Shown here: in pieces, positions 46,078 to 58,639 of the stretch
How the letters are laid out: each line of letters opens with the position of its first letter
Numbering within the stretch: the stretch's first letter is position 1
NCBI GenBank assembly: GCA_964547475.1
Contig: CAZJNQ010000002.1
Location: 18,378-82,377, forward strand
From: an uncultured Porphyromonadaceae bacterium
GTDB lineage: Bacteria; Bacteroidota; Bacteroidia; Bacteroidales; UBA12481
Length of the DNA stretch: 64,000 bases
Direction of reading: 5' to 3'
Position numbers and translations under genes: made by a program
Notes under the pieces: model-generated
Databases searched by the model: none
Seen by the model: only the letters and a program-made list of their open reading frames with translations
Told to the model about the DNA's origin: nothing

Positions 46078-46455
46078 ATGAAAAAAATCATTCGTGCCGA
46101 AAAAGCTCCCGCAGCGATTGGCCCATACAGTCAGGCTGTTGAATCCGGGAATTTCATTTTCATCTCAGGGCAGATTCCCCTGGATCCGGCCACAGGCAAG
46201 CTGGTGGAAGGTGGGATTGCTGATCAGACACGCCAGGTGCTGGACAACATCGGGGCTATCCTGAAAGCTGCCGGCCTGGAGTACCGGAATGTGTTGAAGT
46301 GCACCTGTTTCCTTGCGGATATAAATGATTTCAAGAGCATGAACGAGGTTTATGGGACCTACTTTGCCTCGGATCCTCCGGCCCGGGCGGCTTTTCAGGT
46401 ATGCAAGCTTCCAATGGGCGCCGGCATCGAGATTGAAGCGGTAGCTGCCAAATAA
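46078..46455 (+). CDS. ridA: RidA family reactive-intermediate deaminase
   Basis: 125 aa. APAAIGPYSQAV, ISGQIPLDPATG and ARAAFQVCKLPMGAGIEIEAVA form the YjgF/RidA pattern. Confidence 0.92.
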   Translation: MKKIIRAEKAPAAIGPYSQAVESGNFIFISGQIPLDPATGKLVEGGIADQTRQVLDNIGAILKAAGLEYRNVLKCTCFLADINDFKSMNEVYGTYFASDPPARAAFQVCKLPMGAGIEIEAVAAK

Positions 46456-46457
46456 AA

Positions 46458-46478
46458 AAAGCCGCCCGGGGCGGCTTT
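46458..46478. terminator. Bidirectional intrinsic terminator between ridA and rplI
   Basis: 9-bp stem AAAGCCGCC / GGCGGCTTT with a 3-nt loop, flanked by an A-run upstream and GGTTTT downstream. Confidence 0.75.
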
Positions 46479-46482
46479 GGTT

Positions 46483-46929
46483 TTATTCGGAGTAAACCTC
46501 GAAGTTGATTTCTGCCTTAATGTCCTTATAGACCTTGATGGTCGCTTTATAGGAACCGATCTCCTTGATGGTTTCCTCATTCAGCGTGATGTTCTTACGG
46601 TCAATGTCAAATCCTTTTTCCGCAAGCGCTTCAGCGATCTGAATCGTATTGACAGACCCGAAGATCTTTCCGGTTGATGAGGTTTTGGCACCTATTTTCA
46701 GGTCAACAGTACCCAGTCTTTTGGCTACTTCAGAAGCATCATCCTTCAGCTTCAGTTCCTTGTGCGCGCGTTGCCTAAGGTTTTCCTCGTGCATCTTTTT
46801 GAGCGAAGGAGTAGCAAGCCTCGCATAGCCATGCGGGATCAGATAATTCCGGCCGTAGCCATTCTTTACCTTTATAATCTCGTCCTTATGGCCGAGATTC
46901 GATACATCCTGTAATAAAATGATTTCCAT
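46483..46929 (-). CDS. rplI: 50S ribosomal protein L9
   Basis: MEIILLQDVSNLGHKDEIIKVKNGYGRNYLIP..., 148 aa. Confidence 0.95.
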   Translation of the reverse strand: MEIILLQDVSNLGHKDEIIKVKNGYGRNYLIPHGYARLATPSLKKMHEENLRQRAHKELKLKDDASEVAKRLGTVDLKIGAKTSSTGKIFGSVNTIQIAEALAEKGFDIDRKNITLNEETIKEIGSYKATIKVYKDIKAEINFEVYSE

Positions 46930-46946
46930 AGCAGATCTCCTTCACA

Positions 46947-47216
46947 TTATTTCAACATGTCGGTTACATAAGGCAAGAGGGCAAGATGCCTGGCCCGCTT
47001 GACCGCCTGGGCAATTTTCCTCTGGAATTTCAATGAGGTGCCGGTTATGCGGCGGGGAAGGATCTTGCCTTGTTCATTCAGGAACTTCTTGAGGAAGTTG
47101 GGATCCTTGTAATCAATGTACCGGATATTGGCTCTTTTGAACCGGCAGTATTTTTTCCTTTTGACGTCAACCGTAGGCGGAGTCAGATAGCGTATTTCAG
47201 ATTGTGGCTGTGGCAT
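46947..47216 (-). CDS. rpsR: 30S ribosomal protein S18
   Basis: [39 protein letters not shown]..., 89 aa. Confidence 0.95.
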   Translation of the reverse strand: MPQPQSEIRYLTPPTVDVKRKKYCRFKRANIRYIDYKDPNFLKKFLNEQGKILPRRITGTSLKFQRKIAQAVKRARHLALLPYVTDMLK

Positions 47217-47218
47217 GA

Positions 47219-47578
47219 TTATTCCTCCTTCTTTTCCTTAACGGGTTCATTACTGGCCTGTTTGTGGCGTTTCACGTTATACTCGACTGCGAATTTGTCG
47301 AGCTTGACTGTAAGGTACCGGATGATCCTTTCATCACGGCGAAACTCAACCTCGAGGCGGTTAGCAAGTTCCCCACTGGCTTTAAACTCGATAAGATGGT
47401 AAAAACCCGTCGATTTTTTTTGGATCGGGTATGCCAGCTTTCGAAGGCCCCAGTTGTCCTCATGCACGATTTCCACACCGTTTTCGGCGAGAAAACCAGA
47501 GAATTTCTTAACCGCTTCCTTCATCTGATCGTCAGATAAAACGGGAGTTACAATGAAAACGGTTTCGTACTGATTCAT
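47219..47578 (-). CDS. rpsF: 30S ribosomal protein S6
   Basis: [26 protein letters not shown]..., 119 aa. Separated from rpsR by 2 nt. Confidence 0.95.
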   Translation of the reverse strand: MNQYETVFIVTPVLSDDQMKEAVKKFSGFLAENGVEIVHEDNWGLRKLAYPIQKKSTGFYHLIEFKASGELANRLEVEFRRDERIIRYLTVKLDKFAVEYNVKRHKQASNEPVKEKKEE

Positions 47579-47618
47579 GCTCTGTTAATGATTAATTCGT
47601 TTGATAACATTTGGCCGG

Positions 47619-47649
47619 CAAAAATAGGAATAATTCCGACAATTCCAAA
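47619..47649 (-). promoter_or_regulatory. Full Bacteroidota promoter (-33 TTTG, 19-nt spacer, -7 TATTTTTG) of rpsF-rpsR-rplI
   Basis: Reverse strand reads TTTGgaattgtcggaattattccTATTTTTG. This is the consensus spacing. The -7 box is about 40 nt upstream of the rpsF ATG. Confidence 0.7.
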
Positions 47650-47697
47650 GGTTAATAACCAACCATGCATGGGTCTTCGGTTATAACTACTAATTCT

Positions 47698-47705
47698 TAC
47701 TTTTG
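47698..47705 (+). promoter_or_regulatory. Bacteroidota -7 promoter box (TACTTTTG) for dnaX
   Basis: Exact TAnnTTTG. The ORF-track TTG start at 47703 is the TTG of this box. Confidence 0.5.
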
Positions 47706-47726
47706 TATGGCTCAAAAATGCCACTC

Positions 47727-49379
47727 ATGGAACAGCAGTTTATTGTCAGTGCCCGAAAATACCGTCCCGAACGCTTTGACACAGTCGTGGGGCAACCTTC
47801 GATAACCCGCACCCTCAAGAATGCCATTGCTGGAAATCACCTGGCTCACGCTTACCTTTTCTCCGGACCGAGGGGAGTGGGAAAAACCACATGCGCACGG
47901 ATACTGGCCAAAACCATTAACTGTGTCAACCTGACCCCTGATACGGAAGCCTGCAATACCTGCGAGTCCTGTTGCAATTTCCAGGAAAGCCGGTCATTCA
48001 ATATTCATGAAATGGATGCCGCTTCGAACAACCATGTGGAGGATATCAAAAACCTGATTGACCAGGTAAGAATTCCTCCTCAATCAGGCCGCTACAGCGT
48101 CTATATCATTGATGAGGTGCACATGCTTTCGCAAACGGCCTTCAACGCTTTTCTGAAAACTCTCGAAGAGCCACCGGCACATGCCATTTTTATACTGGCA
48201 ACGACAGAAAAACACAAGATACTGCCCACCATCCTGTCCCGTTGCCAGGTCTTCGATTTTCACCGGATACAGGTTCATGACCTAATGGCCCAATTGCAGG
48301 CTATCGCGTCCAAAGAGGGCATAACCGTAGAAAGTGCGGCATTGAACATCATTGCCCACAAGGCGGACGGATCCATGAGGGATGCATTGTCGATTTATGA
48401 CCAGCTTCTAAGCTTCAGCGGTGATTCCATCACCTATCAGCAGGTTATCGATCATTTGAATGTTTTGGATTATGACTACTATTTTCAGTTGACCGATCTA
48501 TTCCTGGCAGGGGATTTCAGGAAAGCCCTGCTGCTGTTCAATCATATCCTTGAAGAAGGTTTCGATGGACATAGCTTTATTGCCGGTCTGGCAACCCATT
48601 TTCGCGACCTTTTAGTCAGCAAGGATCCTGAAACGATTGAATTGCTGGAAGTTGGTGATGAAATCGGTGGCAAGTACAGACAAACCGCCGTAAGGACTTC
48701 AACACAATTCCTTTTTGAAGGATTGAAAATCCTTAACTCATGCGATCTCGCCTACAAACAGACCAAAGATCCCCGGTTGCTGGTTGAGTTGACCCTGCTG
48801 AAACTGTCAGACATCAGCACATCGAAAGCCCAGGTACCAAAAATCCAGGAAACCGGTTCAACTCAAAAATTGTCAGGCCCTTCACCTGCGGCTCCGGTTC
48901 AACCATCGGTGCAAGTGACCCGGATTTCTGATTTCATGAAGAAAAAGCAACCGGCCGGACCGGTTACCCCACCACCTCCTGAAGAGCCTGGCGGGGTTCC
49001 TGAGCCTGAAAGCCAGCCACCACTCACATCTGGTTTGCTTAAAACCATATGGGTTGATTTTGCGGAAACCTTAAAAACAGACCAACCGCGTTTGTATAAT
49101 ACACTGATAACCCAAATACCGGAACTCGGGACTGACCAGAAAGTGCTCGTTAGGCTGAATAACACCCTCCAGGAGAAGGCTATACGAAGCATTCAGGCTG
49201 AACTGAACAGTTACCTGAGGAAAAGAACCGGGAATCCTGATCTGGAGATCTCGACCGAGGTGCCCGATCAGCCTCTTCAAAAGAAGCTTTACACGCAACA
49301 GGAAAAATACAACCATTTGCAGAAAAAAAATCCGGATCTCGACCTGTTCCGCCAGTCACTAGACCTGGACCTGGAATAG
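47727..49379 (+). CDS. dnaX: DNA polymerase III subunit gamma/tau
   Basis: MEQQFIVSARKYRPERFDTVVGQ, Walker A GPRGVGKTT, zinc module CNTCESCCNF, Walker B IIDEVHML, and a Pro-rich linker. The start could also be ATG 47718. Confidence 0.93.
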   Translation: MEQQFIVSARKYRPERFDTVVGQPSITRTLKNAIAGNHLAHAYLFSGPRGVGKTTCARILAKTINCVNLTPDTEACNTCESCCNFQESRSFNIHEMDAASNNHVEDIKNLIDQVRIPPQSGRYSVYIIDEVHMLSQTAFNAFLKTLEEPPAHAIFILATTEKHKILPTILSRCQVFDFHRIQVHDLMAQLQAIASKEGITVESAALNIIAHKADGSMRDALSIYDQLLSFSGDSITYQQVIDHLNVLDYDYYFQLTDLFLAGDFRKALLLFNHILEEGFDGHSFIAGLATHFRDLLVSKDPETIELLEVGDEIGGKYRQTAVRTSTQFLFEGLKILNSCDLAYKQTKDPRLLVELTLLKLSDISTSKAQVPKIQETGSTQKLSGPSPAAPVQPSVQVTRISDFMKKKQPAGPVTPPPPEEPGGVPEPESQPPLTSGLLKTIWVDFAETLKTDQPRLYNTLITQIPELGTDQKVLVRLNNTLQEKAIRSIQAELNSYLRKRTGNPDLEISTEVPDQPLQKKLYTQQEKYNHLQKKNPDLDLFRQSLDLDLE

Positions 49380-49448
49380 TGCTATGACAATACTGCAGGT
49401 CCTTGGGTTTGGTCCGGGAATTGAAACGTTAAACGCAAGAATTCATTT

Positions 49449-52400
49449 ATGTCAATACTAAATAGCTTAATATCAGGCTTTTTTGGCAATAAGGCCGAAA
49501 AGGACTATAAATCGGCACTGCCCCTGGTTGAACAGACCAATTCTTTTACCGCTGAACTATCGGGTTTGAGTCATGATCAGCTGCGCGAAAGATCGGATAA
49601 AATGCGCCGTGAGATCAGAGAGTATTTCAGCCAGGAAGAATCCGAAATCAAGGATATCAAAACCCGGATTGAAGCCGATGAAATTCCCCTGGGAGAGCGT
49701 GAAAAGGCGTTTCATCAGATAGATAAGCTGGAAGCCAGGATCAAGGAAAAAGTCGAGGAAAAACTGAATGAATTCCTTCCACTGGCTTTTGCCATTGTTA
49801 AAGAGACAGCCCGGAGGTTCAAAGAAAATGGGGAAATTGAAGTCACGGCGAGGGAACTCGACAGGGACATAGCTGCCAAAAGGGACAGCGTTACCATCAG
49901 GGGAGACAAGGCCGTATGGAATAACAAATGGCAAGCGGGAGGGAACGAGATAACCTGGGACATGGTCCATTATGATGTCCAGTTGATCGGGGGCCTGTCC
50001 CTTCACCAGGGAAAGATCGCTGAGATGGCGACCGGTGAAGGGAAAACCCTGGTGGCCACTTTGCCCGTTTTCCTGAATGCTCTTCCGGGACGAGGCGTGC
50101 ACGTGGTTACAGTTAACGATTATCTGGCCAAACGCGACTCGGAATGGATGGGACCTATGTTTGAGTTTCACGGATTGCGCGTGGATTGCATCGACAAGCA
50201 CCAGCCAAACTCAGAAGCCCGCAGGAATGCTTACCTGGCAGACATAACGTACGGAACAAACAACGAATTCGGTTTTGATTATCTCCGGGATAATATGGCC
50301 ATCTCACCCGATGACCTGGTGCAAAGGGGACACAATTATGCCATCGTCGATGAGGTTGACTCCGTTTTGATCGATGACGCCAGGACTCCGTTGATCATTT
50401 CAGGCCCGGTGCCGAAAGGAGAGGACCAGCTCTTCATTGAAATGAAACCGAGAGTGGTTAAGCTGGTGAATGCTCAGCGAACGCTGTTCAATGAAGTGTT
50501 CAACCAGGCAAAAAAACTGATCGCGGAAGAAAATGAGCAAGAAGGTGGCAAACTGTTATTGAGAGCCCATAAAGGTCTGCCGAAAACAAAGGCGTTGATC
50601 AAGTACCTGAGTGAAGAAGGAATGAAAGCGCTCATGCACAAGACGGAGAACTTCTATATGCAGGAGAACAGCAAGAATATGCACCTGGTGACCGATGACC
50701 TCTATTTTGTCATCGATGAAAAAAACAACCAGGTGGAACTTACGGAAAAAGGCATTGACCTGATAACCGGTGAAGGGGAGGATCCGGAATTTTTTATTCT
50801 TCCTGATATCGGGGTTGAAATAGCCGAGATCGAGAAAACCGCCAAGGATGATAATGAAAAACTGATCAGGAAAGACTCCCTGATACGCGATTTTTCGGTG
50901 AAATCAGAAAGGGTTCATACGATCAACCAGTTACTGAAAGCCTACACGCTGTTTGAATTGGATGTCGAGTATGTTTTAATTGACAACAAGGTCAAGATCG
51001 TTGACGAGCAGACCGGGCGCATCATGGAAGGCAGGCGTTATTCCGACGGGCTTCACCAGGCAATAGAAGCCAAGGAGAACGTCAAAGTTGAGGCAGCCAC
51101 TCAGACATTTGCCACCATTACCCTTCAGAACTATTTCCGCATGTACAACAAGCTGTCGGGAATGACAGGTACAGCTGAAACCGAGGCGGGTGAATTCTGG
51201 AGCATCTATAAGCTGGAAGTAATTGTTACACCGACCAATCGTCCGGTCATCAGGGAAGACCGGGAAGACCTGGTATACAAAACCAAACGCGAAAAATACA
51301 GTGCGGTAATTGAAGAAATCGTCCGGTTGGTCGAGGCAGGCAGAGCCGTGCTGGTGGGTACCACCTCCGTTGAGATATCGGAGTTATTAAGCAGGATGCT
51401 GAAAATCAAGGGTATCAAACATAATGTTTTGAATGCCAAGTTGCACCAGAGGGAGGCTGAAATTGTCCTCCATGCCGGCCAACCCGGTGCGGTAACCATT
51501 GCCACCAACATGGCCGGTCGCGGTACGGATATAAAACTTCATCCGAGCGTCAGGGATGCCGGAGGTCTTGCCATTATCGGAACGGAGCGGCATGAATCAC
51601 GCAGGGTTGACCGGCAGTTGCGTGGACGATCGGGCCGCCAGGGCGATCCGGGAAGTTCCCAGTTTTTCGTTTCCCTTGAAGATGACCTTATGAGGCTGTT
51701 CGGTTCAGACCGGATCGCTAAAATGATGGACCGCCTCGGTCTTAAGGAGGGTGAGGTGATCCAGCATTCCATGATCACAAAGTCCATTGAAAGGGCTCAG
51801 CGGAAAGTCGAAGAAAACAACTTCGGCATCCGCAAGCGGTTGCTGGAATATGACGACGTCATGAACAACCAGCGCGAAGTGGTTTATAGCCGAAGAAGGC
51901 ATGCGCTCTACGGTGAGCGAATAGAAATGGACATCCTGAACATGATGAATGACTTGGCAGGAACTATTGTGGAAGAGAATAAATCCGTGGAAGACTTCGA
52001 TAATTTCAGGCTGGATCTGATTCGTTTCCTGGCCATTGATACACCGGTGGCTGAAGCTGAATTCCATGAGAACCACCCGGATCAAATCGCAGAATTACTT
52101 TCCGAACGGCTGATCAAGTCGTTCGATGCCAAAAACCAGATCATGGCCCAACAAGCCTGGCCAGTTATCAAAGATGTTTATGAAAGGGCATCGCATCAGT
52201 ATGAGAATATTCTGGTACCCATTTCAGATGGCCAGAAAACCCTGAATGTCACCACTAACCTTAAAAAAGCCTACGAATCCAAAAACAAGGAATTGGTCAA
52301 GGCTTTTTCGAAATCCGTTATCCTTGCCACCATTGATGAGGCCTGGAAGGAACATCTCCGGGAAATGGACGATTTGAAACAGTCGGTACAAAATGCGACC

Positions 52401-52778
52401 TATGAGCAAAAGGATCCTCTCCTGATATACAAGCTTGAATCTTTTGACCTGTTTAAAAACATGATCGACCGGGTTAACCGTGAAGTGATATCCATGCTCA
52501 TGAAAGGCAAGATTCCTTTCCAGGAACCTGAGCAGGTAAAAGAAGCACATGCCCGCCAGAAGCTTGACATGAGTAAATACCAGACCAGCAAAACCGACAT
52601 GCCCAATTACAGCCCCGGATCCGCGACCGGCCAGGGCGGACCGCCCCCGCAGCCAAGGAACCAGGTACAACCTGTGAGGGTGGAAAAGAAGATAGGCAGA
52701 AATGATCCCTGTCCCTGCGGAAGCGGGAAAAAGTATAAACAATGCCACGGCAGGCCTGAACTGGCTTCCCGTGCCTGA
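49449..52778 (+). CDS. secA: Preprotein translocase ATPase SecA
   Basis: 1109 aa. [14 protein letters not shown] (Walker A), [19 protein letters not shown], and the C-terminal zinc-binding [14 protein letters not shown]. Confidence 0.96.
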   Translation: MSILNSLISGFFGNKAEKDYKSALPLVEQTNSFTAELSGLSHDQLRERSDKMRREIREYFSQEESEIKDIKTRIEADEIPLGEREKAFHQIDKLEARIKEKVEEKLNEFLPLAFAIVKETARRFKENGEIEVTARELDRDIAAKRDSVTIRGDKAVWNNKWQAGGNEITWDMVHYDVQLIGGLSLHQGKIAEMATGEGKTLVATLPVFLNALPGRGVHVVTVNDYLAKRDSEWMGPMFEFHGLRVDCIDKHQPNSEARRNAYLADITYGTNNEFGFDYLRDNMAISPDDLVQRGHNYAIVDEVDSVLIDDARTPLIISGPVPKGEDQLFIEMKPRVVKLVNAQRTLFNEVFNQAKKLIAEENEQEGGKLLLRAHKGLPKTKALIKYLSEEGMKALMHKTENFYMQENSKNMHLVTDDLYFVIDEKNNQVELTEKGIDLITGEGEDPEFFILPDIGVEIAEIEKTAKDDNEKLIRKDSLIRDFSVKSERVHTINQLLKAYTLFELDVEYVLIDNKVKIVDEQTGRIMEGRRYSDGLHQAIEAKENVKVEAATQTFATITLQNYFRMYNKLSGMTGTAETEAGEFWSIYKLEVIVTPTNRPVIREDREDLVYKTKREKYSAVIEEIVRLVEAGRAVLVGTTSVEISELLSRMLKIKGIKHNVLNAKLHQREAEIVLHAGQPGAVTIATNMAGRGTDIKLHPSVRDAGGLAIIGTERHESRRVDRQLRGRSGRQGDPGSSQFFVSLEDDLMRLFGSDRIAKMMDRLGLKEGEVIQHSMITKSIERAQRKVEENNFGIRKRLLEYDDVMNNQREVVYSRRRHALYGERIEMDILNMMNDLAGTIVEENKSVEDFDNFRLDLIRFLAIDTPVAEAEFHENHPDQIAELLSERLIKSFDAKNQIMAQQAWPVIKDVYERASHQYENILVPISDGQKTLNVTTNLKKAYESKNKELVKAFSKSVILATIDEAWKEHLREMDDLKQSVQNATYEQKDPLLIYKLESFDLFKNMIDRVNREVISMLMKGKIPFQEPEQVKEAHARQKLDMSKYQTSKTDMPNYSPGSATGQGGPPPQPRNQVQPVRVEKKIGRNDPCPCGSGKKYKQCHGRPELASRA

Positions 52779-52782
52779 ACAC

Positions 52783-52812
52783 AAAAGGCTGCCCCTGAAG
52801 GCAGCCTTTTTT
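52783..52812. terminator. Bidirectional intrinsic terminator between secA and dapA
   Basis: AAAAGGCTGCC-cctgaa-GGCAGCCTTTTTT: a 7-bp GC-rich stem extendable by A/T pairs, with an A-run on one side and a T-run on the other. Confidence 0.85.
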
Positions 52813-52830
52813 ATAATTGTACCCGGGACG

Positions 52831-53703
52831 TTACAGGCAGGATTCTATTTTTTCCTGCAAGGCAGCGGAAACCGGGACTAACGGCAAACGCAGGCTGTTG
52901 CCGCAGATGCCGGCTGCATTCAATGCCGCTTTGATCCCTGAGGGGCTGCCCTCGGCAAATATCAGGGACATCAGCTCCATCATTTCGAAATGCAGGGTCC
53001 TGGCTTTTGCTATTTGCCCTTCGAGTGCGAGATGCACCATTTGGCTCATTTTATCTGGCCAGAGGTTTGCCGCAACGGATATCACACCTTCAGCTCCCAG
53101 GCTCATCAACGGAAGGGTCAAGCTGTCGTCGCCCGACAGGACAATGAATCCCTCGGGCCGATCCCTTAAGATGACCATGATCTGTTCGAGATTTCCACTG
53201 GCTTCCTTGGTTGCGATGATTTTCGGGACATCAGAGGCCAGCTTTAATGTGGTGTCAGCCGAAATGCTGCAGCCGGTCCGACCCGGTACATTATAAATGA
53301 TGACCGGAAGAGGACTTATCGACCCGATCGCTTCGAAATGGCGCAGCAGTCCAGTCTGGTTGGGCTTGTTATAATAGGGAGCAACCGTAAGTATGCCGTC
53401 GATGCCGGAAATGGGAAGGGCCCGGACTTGTCTGATGACCGCGGCCGTATCATTCCCGCCAATGCCCAGGACAACGGGCTTTCGCCCTGAGTTTACCCTG
53501 AGAATGGTCTGGATGATCCTGTCTTTTTCCTCGGTAGTTAAAGTTGGGGTTTCTGCCGTAGTGCCAAGAACCACCAAAAAATCAATTCCCTGATTGATGG
53601 TATGCAGAGTCACCCGTTCCAGCGCCGGGTAGTCCACCTCGCCTGCGGATGTGAATGGAGTGACAAGCGCCACGCCGGCTCCTCGAAATCGGATATCGCT
53701 CAT
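52831..53703 (-). CDS. dapA: 4-hydroxy-tetrahydrodipicolinate synthase
   Basis: GAGVALVTPFTSAGEVDYPALERV, LVVLGTTAETPTLTTEEK and IIYNVPGRTG. 290 aa. Confidence 0.93.
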   Translation of the reverse strand: MSDIRFRGAGVALVTPFTSAGEVDYPALERVTLHTINQGIDFLVVLGTTAETPTLTTEEKDRIIQTILRVNSGRKPVVLGIGGNDTAAVIRQVRALPISGIDGILTVAPYYNKPNQTGLLRHFEAIGSISPLPVIIYNVPGRTGCSISADTTLKLASDVPKIIATKEASGNLEQIMVILRDRPEGFIVLSGDDSLTLPLMSLGAEGVISVAANLWPDKMSQMVHLALEGQIAKARTLHFEMMELMSLIFAEGSPSGIKAALNAAGICGNSLRLPLVPVSAALQEKIESCL

Positions 53704-53705
53704 AA

Positions 53706-54305
53706 TCAGAATAGTGTGAATTTATCGGATTCCGGAATATTACTTTCCTGCTTTTCCGGGACTTTCTGCAGGTATTTAAGCAAGTTTTCAGTCAGATGTG
53801 ACATTTCAGGGCGATCGGCAAGGTCAATCTCGAAATCAAAATAACCGCTGCATAAGCCTGATACCCCGGCATACATTTTTGAATGGGTATGATAGAAGAT
53901 TGATTCCAGCGAAAAATTGGATCCGGTTTCCAGGTAGAAAACAATATCATACTTGTTAACCGTGAAGTGATGGGTCAAATCTTTCCTTGGAACCTTGAAG
54001 ATATTCATTTCATCCTGACAGACCAATTCTACCGGCATTCCTGGGAATTGCTTCTCGTAATTGAGAGGATTGAGTTCTTTTCTCTTGTCCGGTATGATCA
54101 GGAGGATATGACATCTCCGGCTGGGTTTATGAACGGATCGGGCGAAGTGAACCACAACCGGCAAATTTCCAGACACCCTTAAATCAGCCAGGATACCAAC
54201 GGAGGTTGCTTCATTGAGGCTGACAAACGCCTTTTGGTCCCTTGTATGCTGGAAATGAGAGACCATGCCAGGCTTTAAAAATATGCGTTGAATGAATGTC
54301 ACCAT
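53706..54305 (-). CDS. Conserved hypothetical protein (no recognisable motif)
   Basis: 199-aa ORF with ATG at 54305. Its stop is 2 nt before the dapA start. Coding-looking composition; no signal peptide or TM helix. Confidence 0.7.
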   Translation of the reverse strand: MVTFIQRIFLKPGMVSHFQHTRDQKAFVSLNEATSVGILADLRVSGNLPVVVHFARSVHKPSRRCHILLIIPDKRKELNPLNYEKQFPGMPVELVCQDEMNIFKVPRKDLTHHFTVNKYDIVFYLETGSNFSLESIFYHTHSKMYAGVSGLCSGYFDFEIDLADRPEMSHLTENLLKYLQKVPEKQESNIPESDKFTLF

Positions 54306-54312
54306 GATGTCG

Positions 54313-54320
54313 CAAACTTA
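54313..54320 (-). promoter_or_regulatory. Bacteroidota -7 promoter box (TAAGTTTG) for the hypothetical gene and dapA
   Basis: Reverse strand reads TAAGTTTG, an exact TAnnTTTG, ending 7 nt before ATG 54305. The mRNA would be near-leaderless. Confidence 0.5.
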
Positions 54321-54351
54321 AAAAAAGATCAGCAGACCCGTTGCGCCCCGA

Positions 54352-56436
<2,085 letters not shown>

Positions 56437-56451
56437 TTAGCTAAATATAAC

Positions 56452-56459
56452 TATTTTTG
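56452..56459 (+). promoter_or_regulatory. Bacteroidota -7 promoter box (TATTTTTG) driving the B12 riboswitch transcript
   Basis: Exact TAnnTTTG ending about 5 nt before the first riboswitch helix (TACAGG at 56464). Confidence 0.55.
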
Positions 56460-56461
56460 TA

Positions 56462-56640
56462 AGGTACAGGTTTGTTTTTGCCAGCCGGTAAAGACAAGAA
56501 AAGGGAATCAGGTTCAAATCCTGGACAGTTTCCGCTGCTGTGATCTCCGGTAACTGCACTGGCAACCCGCCACTGTTCCGAAAGGGATGGGAAGGCGCCA
56601 GGAGCAGGGAGTAAGTCAGAAGACCTGCCTGTGCGGGTAA
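56462..56640 (+). promoter_or_regulatory. Cobalamin (adenosylcobalamin-type) riboswitch
   Basis: Conserved core AAAAGGGAATCAGGTTCAAATCCTGGACAGTTTCCGCTGCTGTGA. Also GCCACTGTTCCGAAAGGGATGGGAAGGCG and the B12 box AGTCAGAAGACCTGCC. The outer helix ACAGG (56465-69) pairs with CCTGT (56628-32). It lies directly upstream of a TonB-dependent transporter. Confidence 0.88.
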
Positions 56641-56674
56641 TTATCTGTAGGTTCGGAATAAACCGAAAGACTGT

Positions 56675-58639
56675 ATGCACAGAATCAACAGTTTCATTTT
56701 CGCAAGATTTTTTCTACTGGCTGCCGCCTTGACAACCGGAATCGGTTCCCGTGGACAATCGGTCGATTTTCCGCTTCAGGAGATCCGGATTATGGGTTTG
56801 AGAAAATCGGAAAGGTTATCGGAAATGCACAGCTTGACTCTGGATACCATATTAAAAACAAAATACTACGGAGATGATTTGGCCAGCGTGATCAAACGGG
56901 AAACCAACCTGAATATCACTCAATATGGCGGTCAGGGCTCATTGACATCCATCAGGATGCGGGGAACCTCTCCCTCGCACACCCAGATCAACTGGAACGG
57001 CATTCCAATAAACAGCCCGACGACCGGGACCATTGATCTTTCCCTGGTATCGTCCAATCTGGCAGATGCCCTCGAAATCATTTACGGAGTCCCGGGCTCC
57101 CTGTTCGGCAGCGGAACCTTCGGCGGATCGCTAAACCTGATCAATAAACCTGACTGGGACAATAAAGTGTCTTTTAATGTCTATACAGAATTAGGATCCT
57201 GGGGACATGCACGGGGCGGGGCCAGTTTCCGGACCGGCAACCGCTGGTGGCAATACCAGGCGGCAGGATTCGCGCAAACAAGTCCCAATAATTATCCATA
57301 CCGGAATGCATTCAAGCCTGAAAATCCGAGGGAGTTGAGGGAAAATGATACCTTATTCACCGCCGGGCTTCAACAGAACCTGTTTATCCGTTTGGGAAAC
57401 AAGTGGATCATTCATTCAGGAAGTTGGTTTCAGTACCGGAACAAGGATCTCCCTAATGCCATGAGCAGCCGGCCCAGATGGCTTTCCAACCAACAGGACT
57501 ACTCGGGCAGGATCTTCACGCGACTCAACCGCTATACCTCAAAGCATACTCTTGAGATTACCTGTGCCTGGCTTACGGACTCCTTGTATTATCAGGAAAC
57601 ACCAGTTCAGGAAGATCCACTGGTCAGGTGGTCCGGAATTCAAACGACCTACTTGCCGGTTGGCATCAGCAGTCGCTGGAACGTGACCCAGGATATCCGG
57701 ATTGAGGGTGGAACCGATTTTGAGCGGCTTACCGCCACGGGCAGTTCGTTCACCGCGCAGATCGAAGAATACCGCGGTTCACTGTTCGTCTCAGGAGGGT
57801 TCGGGAAAAATAACTTTTTTACCAGTCTCGATTTGAGGGAGATAATAGGCACTAAAACAGGCTTGAAGACCCTTTATTCCATCACTGCCCGTTACCGTTC
57901 AAATAAAACCGGCATCACATTTTTAACCATGATTTCCAATAAATTCAGACTGCCGACCATTAATGAACGTTACTGGATCCCCGGTGGCAATCCTGAACTC
58001 CTTGCTGAAACCGGTACCGGCTGTGACCTGGGCATAAGCTGGGCCAAAAGCTTTAATATACCGCTTCAGACGGAGATCTCACTGACGGCTTATTTCCAGG
58101 ATGTCAACAACTGGATACAATGGGTTCCGACCGGCACTTATTGGTCTCCGCTGAATGTAAGGAAAGTCAGGGCACAGGGCATCGAATCGGATTTGTCTGT
58201 CCGCTATTCGGCAGGCATGAACAGGATAGCTTTCCGGGCCATGTATTCTTATACGGAAAGCCTTGATTTTACTCAACCGGAGGTTGTCAGCCGATTAGAC
58301 CGGCAGTTGCCCTATGTGCCGTTGCATCTCTTGCAGGCAACAGGTTCCTTTGGCGTGTCGGGGTTCGAAAGTAACCTGACCTACCGGTTCACCGGCCGAA
58401 GGTTTTCGACCGATGACCATGATCCCTGGCTTGATCTCGATCCCTACCATCTTGTTGATGCACAGGTCAGCTATAAGTTCGTGTTCAGCACGGGCCTGTT
58501 GAAATTGTCAGGTACCGTTTTGAATTTGTTCAATTGTTCTTATGAGATGGTGCGTGCCTACCCATCACCTGGCATATCTTTTTATCTATCAGCAATATAT
58601 ATGTTTAACAAAACCCTGCAAGACCATGAAAAGGAATAG
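56675..58639 (+). CDS. btuB: TonB-dependent transporter, BtuB-like (riboswitch-controlled)
   Basis: 654 aa with a signal peptide. Plug motifs ITQYGGQGSLTSIRMRGTSPSHTQINWNGIPINSPTTGTIDLS, a beta-barrel, and an aromatic terminus. The functional call rests on the upstream B12 riboswitch. Confidence 0.85.
   Translation: MHRINSFIFARFFLLAAALTTGIGSRGQSVDFPLQEIRIMGLRKSERLSEMHSLTLDTILKTKYYGDDLASVIKRETNLNITQYGGQGSLTSIRMRGTSPSHTQINWNGIPINSPTTGTIDLSLVSSNLADALEIIYGVPGSLFGSGTFGGSLNLINKPDWDNKVSFNVYTELGSWGHARGGASFRTGNRWWQYQAAGFAQTSPNNYPYRNAFKPENPRELRENDTLFTAGLQQNLFIRLGNKWIIHSGSWFQYRNKDLPNAMSSRPRWLSNQQDYSGRIFTRLNRYTSKHTLEITCAWLTDSLYYQETPVQEDPLVRWSGIQTTYLPVGISSRWNVTQDIRIEGGTDFERLTATGSSFTAQIEEYRGSLFVSGGFGKNNFFTSLDLREIIGTKTGLKTLYSITARYRSNKTGITFLTMISNKFRLPTINERYWIPGGNPELLAETGTGCDLGISWAKSFNIPLQTEISLTAYFQDVNNWIQWVPTGTYWSPLNVRKVRAQGIESDLSVRYSAGMNRIAFRAMYSYTESLDFTQPEVVSRLDRQLPYVPLHLLQATGSFGVSGFESNLTYRFTGRRFSTDDHDPWLDLDPYHLVDAQVSYKFVFSTGLLKLSGTVLNLFNCSYEMVRAYPSPGISFYLSAIYMFNKTLQDHEKE

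Noticed and set aside
56441-56680. 79-aa ORF on the - strand spanning the ligA/btuB intergenic region
   Set aside because: It coincides with the cobalamin riboswitch, whose conserved core explains the sequence conservation. It has no coding features.
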